A stretch of 64,000 nt of DNA, taken from the NCBI GenBank assembly GCA_012295275.1, contig CM022674.1:5952001-6016000 (forward strand). The letters run 5' to 3'. This DNA comes from Chrysomallon squamiferum (lineage: Eukaryota > Animalia > Mollusca). The translations under genes and the position numbers were made by a program. The notes beneath the pieces are model-generated. The model worked only from the letters and a program-made list of their open reading frames with translations, did not search any database and was not told the DNA's origin. Of this stretch, positions 17,700 to 32,000 are shown piece after piece (positions within the stretch are counted from its first letter, which is position 1; each line of letters starts with the position of its first letter).

Positions 17700-17925
17700 G
17701 GAAGAGGAACGAACGAACGATGGAACGAATAAACAATGAAGGAATGAATGAACGGAGAGAGATTTAATGTGTGATTAAACAACAGAGTGAACGAACGAGT
17801 AAATGAAACAAAAGAATAAAGGAATGAACGAATGAATGAAATATAAAGTGAATGAATAAACGAATGACAGAATGAATGAAACATAAAGTGAATGAATAAA
17901 CGAATGACAGAATGAATAAATAAAC
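17700..17925. repeat. (GAAT)n-derived repeat with a 40-bp tandem duplication
   Basis: gaatgaatgaaa.ataaagtgaatgaataaacgaatgaca occurs at ~17830 and ~17870. Confidence 0.85.
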
Positions 17926-18559
17926 GGAAGAAAAAAAACGAAAAAAAAAAAAACGAATTAACGAGAGAAATTTCATGAATATTTATTAAACAATTACAAA
18001 ATGAAAATAAAATAAAATAAAAAAAGTAATCAAATGCCTGACGCTATTTATAGAAAAATGGCGCGAGGCAAGAAGCCCGCCAATTCTCAAGTTACAGATA
18101 TCAGTACGTTTCATATGTCTGTATCCCTTACACAGACACACACAAAAAAAAAAAAAAAATCAACAGAAGACGTAACACAATCTACCTTGATAAACCAGAC
18201 ATGAGATACAGACCGGAACGAAGGCTTAAAGTGTGGAGTTAAATCATAAGCAAGGATAAAACGATAGAGTGAGGAAAAGTAAGTTAAAATATTGTGTTAC
18301 CTCATTAAAGATACATTTTCCGCACGTTTCATAAAAAAAAAAAAAAAAAAATAAAAAAAAAAGTTATCTTTTTTTTTTTTTTCTCGATTGTAGATGTTTT
18401 AAAAGGAATTTTTCAGAAGGAGGCGAATGCTGCTCTTAAAAGGATGGAGAAATAAAGCGTGTAAAATTAAATAATTATTTATTTTGCACACTCGTTAATA
18501 ACAGAAACGAATGAAAAAGGATGGGAAAGACTGAAAGAAGAATGGAAGAAATGAACGTT

Positions 18560-18690
18560 ACTTTTTACGATATATTTTAAATCTACGTTTATATGGCGTC
18601 AGTGACCAGTTACAAATCGACAGAGTTAGCGGCCGGAAACCCATTTTTCGATTAGCAGGAAGGCGTCTTGCATGTGCACCTACCCACTGA
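18560..18690 (-). mobile_element. SINE fragment (same family)
   Basis: attagcaggaaggcgtcttgcatgtgcacc aligns with attagcagcaagaaatcttttaaatgcatt at ~46818. Confidence 0.5.
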
Positions 18691-21125
18691 TGTGGAATCG
18701 CAAACCATATAAAGTTTGTAAATGGTCACTGGGTAGAACGGGAAGAACACAACTGGCTGTATTGCCAGTACTGTGACTACTCCAGTTACAACGAGTGAAG
18801 TCTGTAGTGGGTGTGGCACGTTCCTGGGGGAGATTGACCAAGCAGATTCCAGTATTTAAAAGAAGAGTTTCTGATATTTTGGACACGGGCGCAGTTTCAG
18901 TTCGTGTCCCAGGCGTTTTGATTTTCAGAAGATTCGCCACTGATCACCACTATAACATAAAGCAATTCACTTTGGTCTGGAAATATATGATGACGTAGAT
19001 ATAACCTGCACTCGTATCGTTAATACTTGCTGTTGTTGTTGTTGTTGTTGTTTTTATTATTATCCAAACGAATCATGTTGCGCCATTGTTACGTCAAATA
19101 AATGACTTTTCTGAATAACGCCATGTAACATTAAGAATTTCATCGTCAGAATTTAAAGTAACTTTTTACGTCTGTCGATGCCGAACCCCAAGAAACACTC
19201 CTAAATCCATTCCCGAGAATGGAGGTTATTAACTAGATGAAAAGAGTCTTCTGATTCGGCTGATTCTAACTCAAAAATAAGAACAGCAGGAGTAAAATGA
19301 ATACTGTATTTTAATGAGCTTATTTTGTTTATGCACGACTGTATCTTTAAAAACTGGCTAGATTTTTATCTTTATTTATCCAGCTGTCGATCGGGTTATT
19401 GCCCGTTCCACTCAGTATCCGACGAATTGTTTTTGTAGTCTCTTTCCTGATTTTGAGAGAATGGTTATAAAATTTGTCTTATAGATTTCATTAAATGATG
19501 ATTACGATTGTGTTGATGATAACAAGAACAATAACAGTAACAACAGCTGTAATATATAATAACAATAATCACAATAGTAATAACAAAACAACAACGACAA
19601 AGATGACAATAGATATAGTTTAGCAACGTAAATAAAATAATTTATGAAGAAGGAAGACATGACAATATCAAGTTTTTCAAATTTTGACTGATAAGATTTT
19701 AAGAAAAATAAAAGAAATTGAAAAAAAAAAAAAAAAAAAAAAAAAAGAAAAAATAAATAAAAAAAAATAATGATATATAATTTGAAGCAAATTCCAAGTG
19801 GCTCATTTGGGCAGTTAAGTGACGTTTACCAATTATTCAGCATCAGCAACCCAAATAATCTTAAACATTGAGATGTTTGCTTTTCAAATACCGTATTTAT
19901 TTGACGCTTCCTGATAACAAATATAGCTTATCAATATGTATTTTTTTGTTTGTTTTCACATGACAGCAAACAAATGAAAATTACATTCATTGTACCTTTA
20001 ACAAAAATGTTTTATAATAAATCGATAAAGCAATCTTTCATTAAAAAAAAGAAAAAAAAAAAAAAAAAAAAAAAAAAAAACGAAATAAAAAAACCAAAGA
20101 AAAGAGAGAGAAAATTAAAAAAAAGAAAGAAAACAACAAAGCGACATCACTGTGCTATAACGAACCATACCAGTGTCGTTAAGTATGCTAAGTATATTAA
20201 GTTGAATATTAAATATTAATGTATGTGAAACAGATGTTAAAAATTCCCTGCCAGACAGTGTATCAGCAAAGAAGAATTTTAACGTAATGCTAAACAGATT
20301 TTCAACTACGCACACGCATACACACACACACGCACTCTCATATGTTAATTATTTCTTCTTCAAATAAGGGATGTACGTCTGTATATCTGTGATGTAGAAC
20401 AGTCATTGCTCGAGTTAGAGTAGAACGGCTAACATCCCATAATGTTTAGAGATCGTCAAGTATATGTCTGAAAATATTATCTCATAATTATACCAGCTGG
20501 AAATACGGTGCAGCAGATTTTAAAGTTATTACCAAACCTCTTGTTAGAGTCAGTGGTTTGTGCTTTCCTACCAACAGGAAGGTGCTGCATATAAAGAATC
20601 CTAAGCTGCTGCTCCACAAGAGAAAATCACAAATGGCAGCAAAAGCTTCTTCTTTTATATTAAATATTAAATTAAAAAAATATAATGATAATAAATATCT
20701 GTTAACATAAAAATTTGCTTTAATAATAATAATAATAAAAAGGAGAAGAATAGGAATACGAATAATAATGGATTTCTGGTTGGAATAGGTTGAAGAGATC
20801 ACTGAGGTGAAAAAACAACGTCAGCGGTGAAATAACTGAACTGCTTCGTGTGTCGGTTGTCATTAGCAACCGATTTTTAGCCTCATAAATGAGGTAATGA
20901 ATACACAAGATTTGTATCGGCCGCTGAACCCGACAATATTCACAGCTGACGAACGTTGTGCACTGGCTTGTGCGAGGAGACACGCTCGAGTGCACCGGGC
21001 CGTGCTTCTGCAAGTTAACGTCATGCTCTGATTTGTAAAGAGAAGCGTTTCAAGACACATTAAATCATTATATATATATTTTTTTTTTTTTTTTTTTTTT
21101 ATGTATGTAGATATTTTTTTAATTT

Positions 21126-21158
<33 letters not shown>

Positions 21159-21753
21159 ATATGTCATATAACTGTTGTCATGATTGGTTGTAGTCTGTAG
21201 TACCACCCACACGTGGCCGTTACCCCTCCCTCTCCCAATGATTTCTTGTTTTGTTGCTTGGTTACGAGAGGTGCAAACACCGTAATGGAAAAATTTGCGT
21301 CTGCTGTAATCAACAGTGCTCTGTTTGCAACCAACTTTCAACTTCGACTTTTCAAACAGGGCTTTTCTCATTCAAAACTTAGGACATAATTTAATATACA
21401 TGAACGAACATTTTGTAGTACATTAAAAGACACGCAGGTTATTATTTCTGCTGTTGATATTTAAAATTTGCACATGAGTGCTTGCTTCTAAGGTACAAAT
21501 TTTCTTTATAATTAAAACTTTCTCCCCCCCTTACAGGTGACGGAGTACATTTTTCATGAATTTTTTTTTTAAATTTTATTTTACTGTGTAACAGTATCTT
21601 CTGTTATTACAATTGTTTTTATTGTTGTTATTACTAAATGTTATGCAAATACCAATCCAAAAGAGATAATCAATTTTAGGTTATAAATTTTATATTTCTT
21701 TTCAAATATCTTTAAAAAAACATACAGAAAGAAACAACAACACATCAACAACA

Positions 21754-21797
<44 letters not shown>

Positions 21798-24178
21798 TGA
21801 TGATGAAGATGATGATGATGATGATGATGATAAACTGGTGAAAAATTCAAACCTACTTCATTCAAGTCGGGCGACACATATCTCTGAAATTATTTTCGTG
21901 AATAATTTACAACCTAAAGTGTTTGTTACAAGACAGTTCCGTTAAAAAAAATAATGCAAAAGGAAATGTCTTTAAGCAAATTTGCAGAAATAATTGATTT
22001 TTTTTCTTTTTATTCTTCTTAAACATGATACAGTACGGTACAGGTATTAAAACCAGGTCAAATTCAAGTTGAATGGCAGCTTCGTCTAGACATCGTAGAC
22101 GGGAATGATTACCTGAAGAAATAAGCTTAGTTACTGCTTAATTATATATTTTTTTCTAAGTATAAACTATCGCTGGTAAAGTTGCGAAGAATATTTCTTT
22201 AACACTTTTAAGGAATTCCTGATTTTTTTTGAGAACGGGTGCTTTTGAGTGCAAATCCGATTTTTTAAAACGAGTAGTCAGAAACTAAATCTTTCGTTAT
22301 CTCTTTCAAAGCTTTCATTTTTCATGTTGTTATTATTATTATTAGTCTTTTTTCGTTTGGAAATTACGCAAATATTCAAATATTACGATGGACATTTGAA
22401 ATGGATTTTTTTTTTTTTTTTTTAAATTATTATTTTTATAAGCCATATTTCTATTTTTCGTTACCGAAAAGACAACGGCAAAGCGGTTATAATCCGGAGA
22501 GCAAACAAAATATTTGTCCGTTATTTTGTTATGTAAAATTCGAATCTCGCTCACTGCCTAGTTCTGTCTGTTATTCATTAATTGATCAATAATATATTCT
22601 CTGTCATAAATAGAAACAGGACGAAAAGCCCCCGATTCACGGGGCAGAACGACATTCAGTATCTTTCCGACATGCTCGTTCTTTTAATGAACAAGACCTG
22701 GGAATTTTACTGATAATTTATATTTAATTTTCAAGGCAGCTCTGCAGAAACGGCTGCTCAACCTGACACGTGACCTTTAAGGCTACGGAATAAATAAATA
22801 AATAAATATTGCTGCGTTGTCAATTGGTGATACACATATTGATGCGGTTACGTTTGACTTGTTTTAGTTCGTTTCTACTCCGTCGGATCGCTGGATCGGT
22901 TCGCCATTAGTAGAACAAAAAAAAAATGATGAAAAAAAAAGAAAAAAAAGAAGAAAAACACTGATGGTTGTAACACATAAAATGCGTTCTTAAATTAGAA
23001 ATGTTGGATAAGATATTAAAAATATTTATCATGCTGGTTGCATCCAGCCCATCCCAACTCCCCCCAAGCTGCAGTTTTAATATGACTTTTCAGAACGAGT
23101 CACTGTGGAAATTTACTGAAGTAGTGGGAAATTTACTTCGGAGAACGATAACCGTCGAAAATTTGCGAACATTCGCGAATTAACGTAAAGGCAATAATGG
23201 CGTTTTCGCATTGGTTTTGATCTCGATATGAAATTGGTTTCACATAAATTTTACTCCCGTGCAAAAGAAACTGTTCAAAATTACATTTTGGATATTAATA
23301 AGGAAAACCACAATTTCCTCGAAATTATTCAAATTTTATTTAAATAATAAAAATTATATCGTTTCAGAATTTGTGTTTCTTTCTTACTTTAAAAGTTATC
23401 TTTACTAGAAGTTGATTTTGTTCTCTGGAATCCTTGCTTTATGAGAAGGGTTTATTTTTTCATTCATGATAAATTCTTCGTGTTAATATTATATATATAT
23501 ATATATATATTTTTTTTAATGGATATTTTACATATGTAAAAAAAAAAAAAAAAATAATAATTAATTTAAAAAATCCAGATTTCATTATTATATTTATTAA
23601 ATTTTATTAATTTTTTTTTTTTTTTTAAACAAATCCAGAAAGTACGTTTTTTTAAAAAGTTTGCAATTTATTTCATTTCATTTATTTTTAAAGTTCAGTG
23701 ATTCAAACTAATTATATATTTAGTTAAAAATCCTTTCAAAAGATGTTTCTTATTTAGCTTTTTTTTTTTTTTTTTTAAGGAATAAATTCATAATTTCTCT
23801 CATTTTTTCCAAATTCTTCGAACATATATATATATATCATTCATTATAAGTTAAAATGAAAGGAATAAATGTCTTATTTAGAAGAAAAATAAAAAAAAAA
23901 AAAAAAAAACCCACATAAAACCCCCCAAAATCATTAAACATTTTAAAGTTGAGTTTGACATTAAAAAGTAAAGCTGCTGCTACTACTACTATAATAAAAA
24001 TAATAACAATAGCTGCAGCTTAATATTCAAAATATACTAAGCGGTGCCGAGATGTTATGAGGTCACTTACGTACTGTTCCGAATTTAAGAGGTCAGTGAC
24101 GAAAACAGCCGAGGTTAACTGCGAATTTTGCCACTTTGATAATATTAATTATATACTGACGAACCATATCAGTTTATT

Positions 24179-24262
<84 letters not shown>

Positions 24263-25299
24263 GAAGATTATAATTATTACGAAAACAAGTAGTAAAAGTG
24301 CCTTTGTCTTTAAAATGAATTGTCATATTGTAACAAAAGAATATTTGCTTATGAAGTGACACTTGAGGAAACTGTTAAAACTGACAAATTTTCTTTTCTT
24401 TCTCATTAATTTCTCAGCATATTTTAAAACAATTGAGTTAGAAATTTTTTAAATAAAATTAAAAAAAAAAAGAGAAAAGAATCAGGATAAAACAAAATCT
24501 CTAAACAGAAATTGATATGTTACTTATTTATTTTTTGTCATCTTTATTATCAGGAAACTATATGTTTAAAGGAACAATAATTTGGATGTATATAAGACTA
24601 TATTTTTAGATTTTATGTTCGAATTATACCCACAGTCACTGTTTAAACAAGACTAGACATTAAGTAGTAAAACGTATCCTTCAGGCGAAGGGCGTTAAAT
24701 GAATATCTTACAGCAATTATTTAAAATATAAACATATAAACGTCGTCAAATTTAGTTTAACATTAATTTAAATAACAGTTTACTGCGACCTATTGTGAAC
24801 ATTTTTTTTGTTTTTAAATATTAGTTTAAATAACAAAATTAAACTAATTTTCACATGTCCTACAATACATTTGCATTGTGAATATTTATTTTCACGATTT
24901 AATTACCAGTGTTTTATTTTCTTTCTTTTTTTTTTGAAAATTTCAGTAATATATTTAGAGCTGTAATTTTCAAAATACCGATTTACAACATAACAGAACT
25001 GAATGCTATATAGCCTACGACCTTTTTAATATACTTATTGTTCACAATTATAATCGAACTTTAATTATTTTATCAAAATGACTAAATCATATTTTAATGC
25101 TGCTGATGTAAAACCGTACAACTTTTATTTCACTTTGTTTACCATATATTCCTTACTGGCCTAGTCAACCAAATTTCTTTTCTTGCAGGCGTTTGAAAAT
25201 ATTGATAGCACTGAACATTAACGATTTATTTGGTCTTTTGTATCACGATTCCCTTTCGATTCACCGTTCCACCCTTAGTCACAGCGTCACCTTGAACTA

Positions 25300-25630
25300 T
25301 GTGGCGGTTTTTTCCACTAATAAAAATAGCTATAAAAGCTCCGCGAAGTTGCTGTTGCTGCTGTCTGACAGTAAAACCCAACAAACAAAGTAATATTCAC
25401 CAACAGTAACTACGGTTTACCATTTTTCTGCTGGTCGGTAAATTGGCTATTTCTTGGTCAACGGATATCTATATAAAAAGACGACTATACGGTTAGTATT
25501 AAAACTTATATAATAATGTGTTGACGTCGAAATAATGAAGCGTGTGCTTATTATTGCGAGGACCCTCGTGGATAGCGCATCTGTTGTTTACATGCGCATA
25601 AGCGTTGCGATTTGCTTCCGGCACGAATTC
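25300..25630 (+). promoter_or_regulatory. putative promoter / first non-coding exon region of the SLC5 gene
   Basis: CpG-rich; TATAAAAG 25331-25338; ATTGG 25442 plus TATATAAAAAG 25470; NRF1-like CATGCGCA 25591; ETS-like CTTCCGG 25615; donor-like gtaaat/gttagt sites. Coding exon 1 has an acceptor, implying an upstream UTR exon. Exact TSS cannot be determined. Confidence 0.5.
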
Positions 25631-26155
25631 GTCTGCTATGTTGTAATTATTACTAATTATAAAATAACAGAATAAAATTTAATATATCAAGTAAAAAGAC
25701 ATTCATACCTAATATTCATAATGGATTATGGTGAATTTTATTTCAGCGAGTTGAGTGCTGTTGATTTAAAATATCTTAAATCTTGTTTTATTCAGGTAAC
25801 TTGCAGTTTACAATTTTTGCAGACGACATCGGCGTAATCGAAATTAACAAAAAATATAAAACGAAGTAAAATCATTCGGATAAAATTTAACAGAAGAGAT
25901 AAATTAATTTAAAAATTAAATTTATGATAGGTGCTTTATGCGAAATGGTTAGACTAATTATTTTCATTAAATATAGTTAATTAAATGATTAAATAAATAA
26001 AATTAAATCAATAATAATAATAGTAATGGCTATTCATTTTGCTGAAAACAATTATACATCTTTTAATTTATTTTTTATTTTAACTAAAAAATGGATACTT
26101 TTTCTTTAAATTATTTTAAAAAAATTAATTTTTCAGATATTAGAAATCAGCAAAA

Positions 26156-26242
26156 ATGACGATGGAATCTGCAAGACTTACTGGTGCAGATATGGGCGTT
26201 GTTGGGGCTTATTTTGTTGTGATCATTGGTGTCGGGCTGTTT
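26156..26242 (+). CDS. SLC5A3-like coding exon 1 ([29 protein letters not shown])
   Basis: Acceptor tttcag ending 26136, ATG at 26156, donor gtaagt at 26243; typical SLC5 first TM segment; 87 nt, phase 0. Not in the ORF track. The second ATG at 26162 is an alternative start. Confidence 0.85.
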
Positions 26243-29200
26243 GTAAGTTAAATTTTCAACATAAATATGGCTCAGTACAAAATAGTATAAATATTTCTTT
26301 TTTTTTTCTTTCTTTCTTTCTTCTTCCTATTTTTTACCATTTTTTTTTTATACCTACATTTTAACAAATGACCTGTATATAAGATCAAAAGCAATAGAAA
26401 TGAACAGGAAAAAAAAAAAATTAAAAAAATAAAATATAGTAAGTAATAATAATGAATACAAATTATTTTTATTGTTTGCTTAATGGGCCCAACTCACAAA
26501 AAACCCACAACCCTCCTCAAAATAGATAAAAAACAAACAAAAACAAACTACCCACAGTATTCAACATGGTTAAAAAGATGAAGGAGATATTACTTAAAAA
26601 CAAACCACCCTCAAAATACTATCCCAGCAACACGCAACCAACCCCCACAACAAATAATCGTATTGTGATTGAAAGAAGTGTGGTATGGTAAAAATCAAAA
26701 GAATTAAACAACAAAAACTTAAAAGAATTAAAAAAAAACCCTAAGAATTAATGTTTTATTTTGTGGGCTTATTAAAAAAAAAAAAAAAAAAAAAAATATT
26801 ATTGTTTTTTTAAATTTAATATTTTATCATTTGGTATGGCTGAAATAATTCTGAACAGTTTTTTTTTAATGAGTCATATTTCAGTATAATAAACCAACAA
26901 TGACATCCTGGTTCTCTTACTTAAATTCCCTAGGTCACATATATTCACTCTTGTTTTTTAATATATTATACAATATATTTTTCATTATATTAAAATACAG
27001 CGTTTTATTTTTATTTTTATGTATAATGACCAAATAATTATAAGTATAGATAATAGAAAAATAATAACAAGAACAATAGCAACAAACAAAAATAACAACA
27101 AAAAAATTAAAATACACCAAACACTTATTCAAAGTTACTACTAATAACAACAAAAATCTTCCAGTAATATTACCAAATTAAAATAAAAAAAAATATTTAA
27201 AAAAAAAAAAAAAAAATAAAAATAAATAAATAAATAATATTAAAAAAACCCTGAAAAACATAAAACCCCACAACATTATAATAATTTAAGCCTATTTTCA
27301 TATTTTTTCAGGTTTCACTGAAAACTCACAGATTAATTTACATAAGGTCTAGATTTGCTAAAGCCTGCGCCATGGGGGTCAGGTGAAAATATAGAGGGAA
27401 AGTCCTGCATCATGTTCTAATTAACATGTTGGTGCCCAGAAATCCCAAGTTAATAAGTTTTTCTTTGTTTCTCAAAAGAAATTACAGTAAACAAAAAAAA
27501 AATACATCTATATCACTGCATTAGAAATTGTTATACTGGATTATTAACTAATATTATTTTTCATATATTTTTTTTTTTTTTTTCAGAAAAATTTATTTAC
27601 TATCCAATTTTTAAAATTCAAAATTAGAAGTTTTTTTCTTCATTTATTTTATTTTAAAAAGTTTAATATAATTATCATAATACTGAGGTAACGTAACAGC
27701 TGTTTAGTTTCACTGCTCACAATAAATACTAGAACCTGTAAACAAAAAAGCATGCACATCTGCACTCAGTGTATTTGACTAACCTGATGCATATTTCAGT
27801 AGGTACCACTGACCGTGTTAATACTGTATATAAAATACATTATGGTGTCTGGTAGAGAGAATTATGTATGTATTAATATTGGCAGAAGAAATACCCTTAG
27901 GTCCATCTAACTTGGAATATTTATAGACACTGGTTTTTATACTGATGTTATCAGTGGAGACAAAATTGATTTCCAAATATTTAAAAAACATTTATTTAAT
28001 GATTATGTTTGGAATTTACAAAACAAAGGAAGAAAACAACATTCTGATTAGGTGAAATAATATTAATCAAAAATAAAATAAAAAGGCTAACTATAATAAA
28101 AAAAAAAAAATAAAAAATTTAATTAGTTAATCAATAAACAAATAGGTTAATAAGTTAAAATATATTAATAAAAATAACAACTACAATAACAATAATGTAA
28201 AATTTTTAATTATTTCTTTAAAAAATAATAATTAAGTATAAGTAAGTTCATAATAATCTGGACTGTGCAAGTTATTTCTTATCAGACATCATTAATAATA
28301 ATTATAGTAATAATAACAATAAAAGGACTAAAACAAATAATTTTAATAATATAAACTTAATTATTTTTTTATAGTGATTAATTAATAATTTTATATTTTA
28401 TAATTCTATTTGATCAATATTTGGACTAAGCCAGTTAATTTTGTTTATGATTTGTTTTGATAAAGAGTATCTGTGCAAATATTTTAAAAGAGAGAATAAT
28501 GTCAAGGTAAATATGACTTTATTTGATATAACTCCTGGTAACAATATAATAAAAAATTCACCAAGATTTAAAATTAGCAATATATAACCATCAAAAATAT
28601 TTGAAAAAAAAACCCTTGAACAGTTGTTAATTTATCTTGACATTATTCTCTTTAAAAAAAAAAAAGAATTAAAAAAGCCACCATTTTTTTTTTAATATTA
28701 ATTTATATTTTTGTATAAACAGATATTATTTTTTTCTTTTTTTAAATTTACAGATAAGAGTCTACATTGGATCTGGTACAAATACAACATTCTGTCTGAA
28801 ATTAATTACAGGAAAAGTTAGCTGTGGTTAATGAAATAATTAAACTAATTTACAATTGTTTGTTTTTTCAGGCCATGTACAGAGCCAACAGAGGTACAGT
28901 TAGTGGATATTTCCTTGCTGGGCGATCAATGTGGTTTCTGCCTGTAAGTATTGTATACAAGATTTCTTTTACAAATTTGTGGCTAGGTCTGAGACTTAAG
29001 AGTGGTTAGAGCGCTGGGACGAGGGACGATTGGTCGTAAGATCGATTCACCTCGGTACCGCCACTGAGTCACTTAACTTGTCAGTGAGTTCTCCAGTGAC
29101 TAACACATTGTAGTAATAATAATAACGATAATGATGATGATAATGAGATAATGACGATGATGATAATGATGATTATGAAGATGATGATTATGATGATAAT

Positions 29201-31937
29201 GTGATTATAATGATGGTGATAATGAAAAAGTTGAGTTAAACATTAAAACAATTTTATTTTTTTAAATGTACTAAATTAAACTCTGGAGCAGATGCAGAGG
29301 ATTTAGGTTGAGATATTCTGAATCTCTTTCTGCTCAGAATTATTTAAATGTTTAGCATGTTTAGTAATCTGTAAATAAAATTATAATATTTATGTTATCC
29401 TATATTAAAAAAAAAAAAAAAAAAGTAAACATATGAGTTTAATTTTTCATGCCATTCTTAAATTATGGTGAATTGTCTGTCAAATCATCATATCATATAA
29501 TTCCTCTAATTTATTTACTTGAAGTTAAAAACAGTTATACTTCTGTATAAAACAAGAGTACAATAATAAAATTGCAACTATTTTACTGTTTTATTTTAAC
29601 AATGTGGCCCTATTTTGTTGTATTAATACTAATTCTTTGTTACTTTTAAAAATAATTTAATAGTGTATTTTTTTTTTGTGTTTATATTTGAGTGCCCATG
29701 TTATAATGATAATCATAATGATGATGATAATTATGATGTTAATAAGAATAGTAATGATGATGATAATGATATAACAATAATAAAAAGCAAATTATAACAT
29801 AAATAACTAATTCTTCACAGATGGGAGCCTCGTTGTTTGTCAGTAACATTGGAACAGAACATTTCATTGGTCTGGCTGGGTCAGGAGCTGCCCAAGGAAT
29901 CAGTGTAGGAGCCTGGGAACTAAATGTATGTTATTATCTTTGTGAAAATCTGAATTTATAATGTATTTTCTTTAAACATATATTTTTAAATATATAAAAT
30001 TCATTTGTTTTTAAATGATTAAAATAAAAAAAAAAAAAAAAATTTCTTTTATATATTTAATCTCATTTCTTCCATTATATTTTAACATAAATATAACTTG
30101 TTATTTATAAATTAATTCATGTCATAACAAAGCAGTAATATACTTTTGACATTCTGTTAATTAATTAATTGTAATGTCTAAATCTGTGTCAGTACTGTAA
30201 ATTGTGGCTGCTATTAATATGTATCCAAAATGCTTGCTTTTTTAGAATTTCTTCTGTTTGATTTATCTTGCAAAAACATGTAGATTTCTTTTATGAATAT
30301 ATTATTATTTTTATTTTTATTTATTTGAAGGCTCTCATTTTGCTGCAAATTCTAGGATGGGTGTTTATCCCAGTCTACATTGCCTGTGGGGTGAGTTTCA
30401 TTCTGTATTTTTTATTTTGTATAAATTTCATATTTTTATTTGTGCATACATTTATGTCTTTCTTTCACATTCTTCCTGTGTTGGTTTTTAATTATTTGTA
30501 ATATACTCCACCTGTTAAAGATCAATCCTCAGATATGACAGACTATTACTCCACTCCAATTGTCTTACATTCTATGTGACAAAAGTAATTTAACCAGTTT
30601 GAACCACCATTTCATTTTGTGAAGTCTGTTTGTGAAGCTCTATGAATGACAGTCTGTGTTTGTTATTCTATGTATCAGTTATGCATTCAAGCTTCCATCC
30701 ATCCATCCATCCATCCATCCACCTTTAATCTTTAATATTTGATTGTACAAATTACATCCATGTTTATTTCTATAATCCTCTAAAGAATCTAGGACATGTT
30801 TTCTATTTTATGTATTTTGTTTTCTGTTTAAACTAACTCGCTGACTTGTTATTTATAATTACAGACTTACACAATGCCAGAATATTTATCAAAGAGATTT
30901 GGAGGACAGAGATTACGAGTGTATTTTGCTTTTCTCTCGCTGGTTCTCTACATTTTTACTAAATGTTCTGTGAGTACTATCAGCTGAAAATTTTCCCATT
31001 CATAAAATATAAATGACAAAAACGTGTATTTCTTATTTTCTTAGTCTAATTTGTTGCATTGCTTTTAAAATGTATTTTTTAGGTTTTAAGGTGTTTGAAA
31101 ATCCAAAATGTACAATTATGAAAAATAAACAAATTTATATCTACAGAATTAAACCAGCAAATATCTATATGGAAAAAAAGAAGATAAAAGTAAAAAAGAA
31201 AAAAGAGAAGAATCCTCTCTAAAATACATTGTACAATCTTATTAATGATACTTTATATATGTATTTAAACATAGCATTTATTTTGTAAATTTACCAAAAT
31301 TTTATATTAAAGACAGAATCCATTAATATTTTAAATAAAAAAATAAAAAAAATCACTGTCATAAATAAGAAGACATTAAATAATTTTCTTATTATGATTT
31401 TCATTTCTTCTGTAATTTATTATTTAAATTATTCAAAAAAATGTTTATATATAAATATATATATTATTATTGTAATTTTTTCTTGTCTTTTATTTAAATT
31501 AAAATTTGTATTTGATTTTAGGGTGATCTGCTTACTGGTGCCTTCTTTATACAACAAAGTTTGCACTGGGATCTTTATGTGTGTATTGTTGCCCTTGTAT
31601 TCATCACTGCAATCCTGACAATCACAGGTAATTAAAAATGTTATTAATTTATCTACTTATTATTATTTTAAATAATAATAAATAAATAAAAACTAATTGT
31701 TGAATACACATGAATTTAAAATTTTGTTAATGATAGACTTAATGTTAAGAGTTGTAACAAAACAAACATTTTCTCTTTTTATTATTTTAGACAATTCAGT
31801 TGAAAATGTTGTTGATAAATTGCTTTTTTGAACCACTGAATTTTTTAAAAAATTAATATTTATTCTTTATTAACATAGCAGATGTCACTTTCACTGTTAA
31901 ATATAATTTATTAATTTAATGTCTGTGTGTGTGTGTT

Positions 31938-32000
<63 letters not shown>

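Noticed and set aside
27312-27382. Exon-like segment in intron 1 with acceptor and gccATGG context
   Set aside because: Weak donor (gtgaaa), 71 nt would frameshift, no SLC5 homology; cannot be supported without RNA data.
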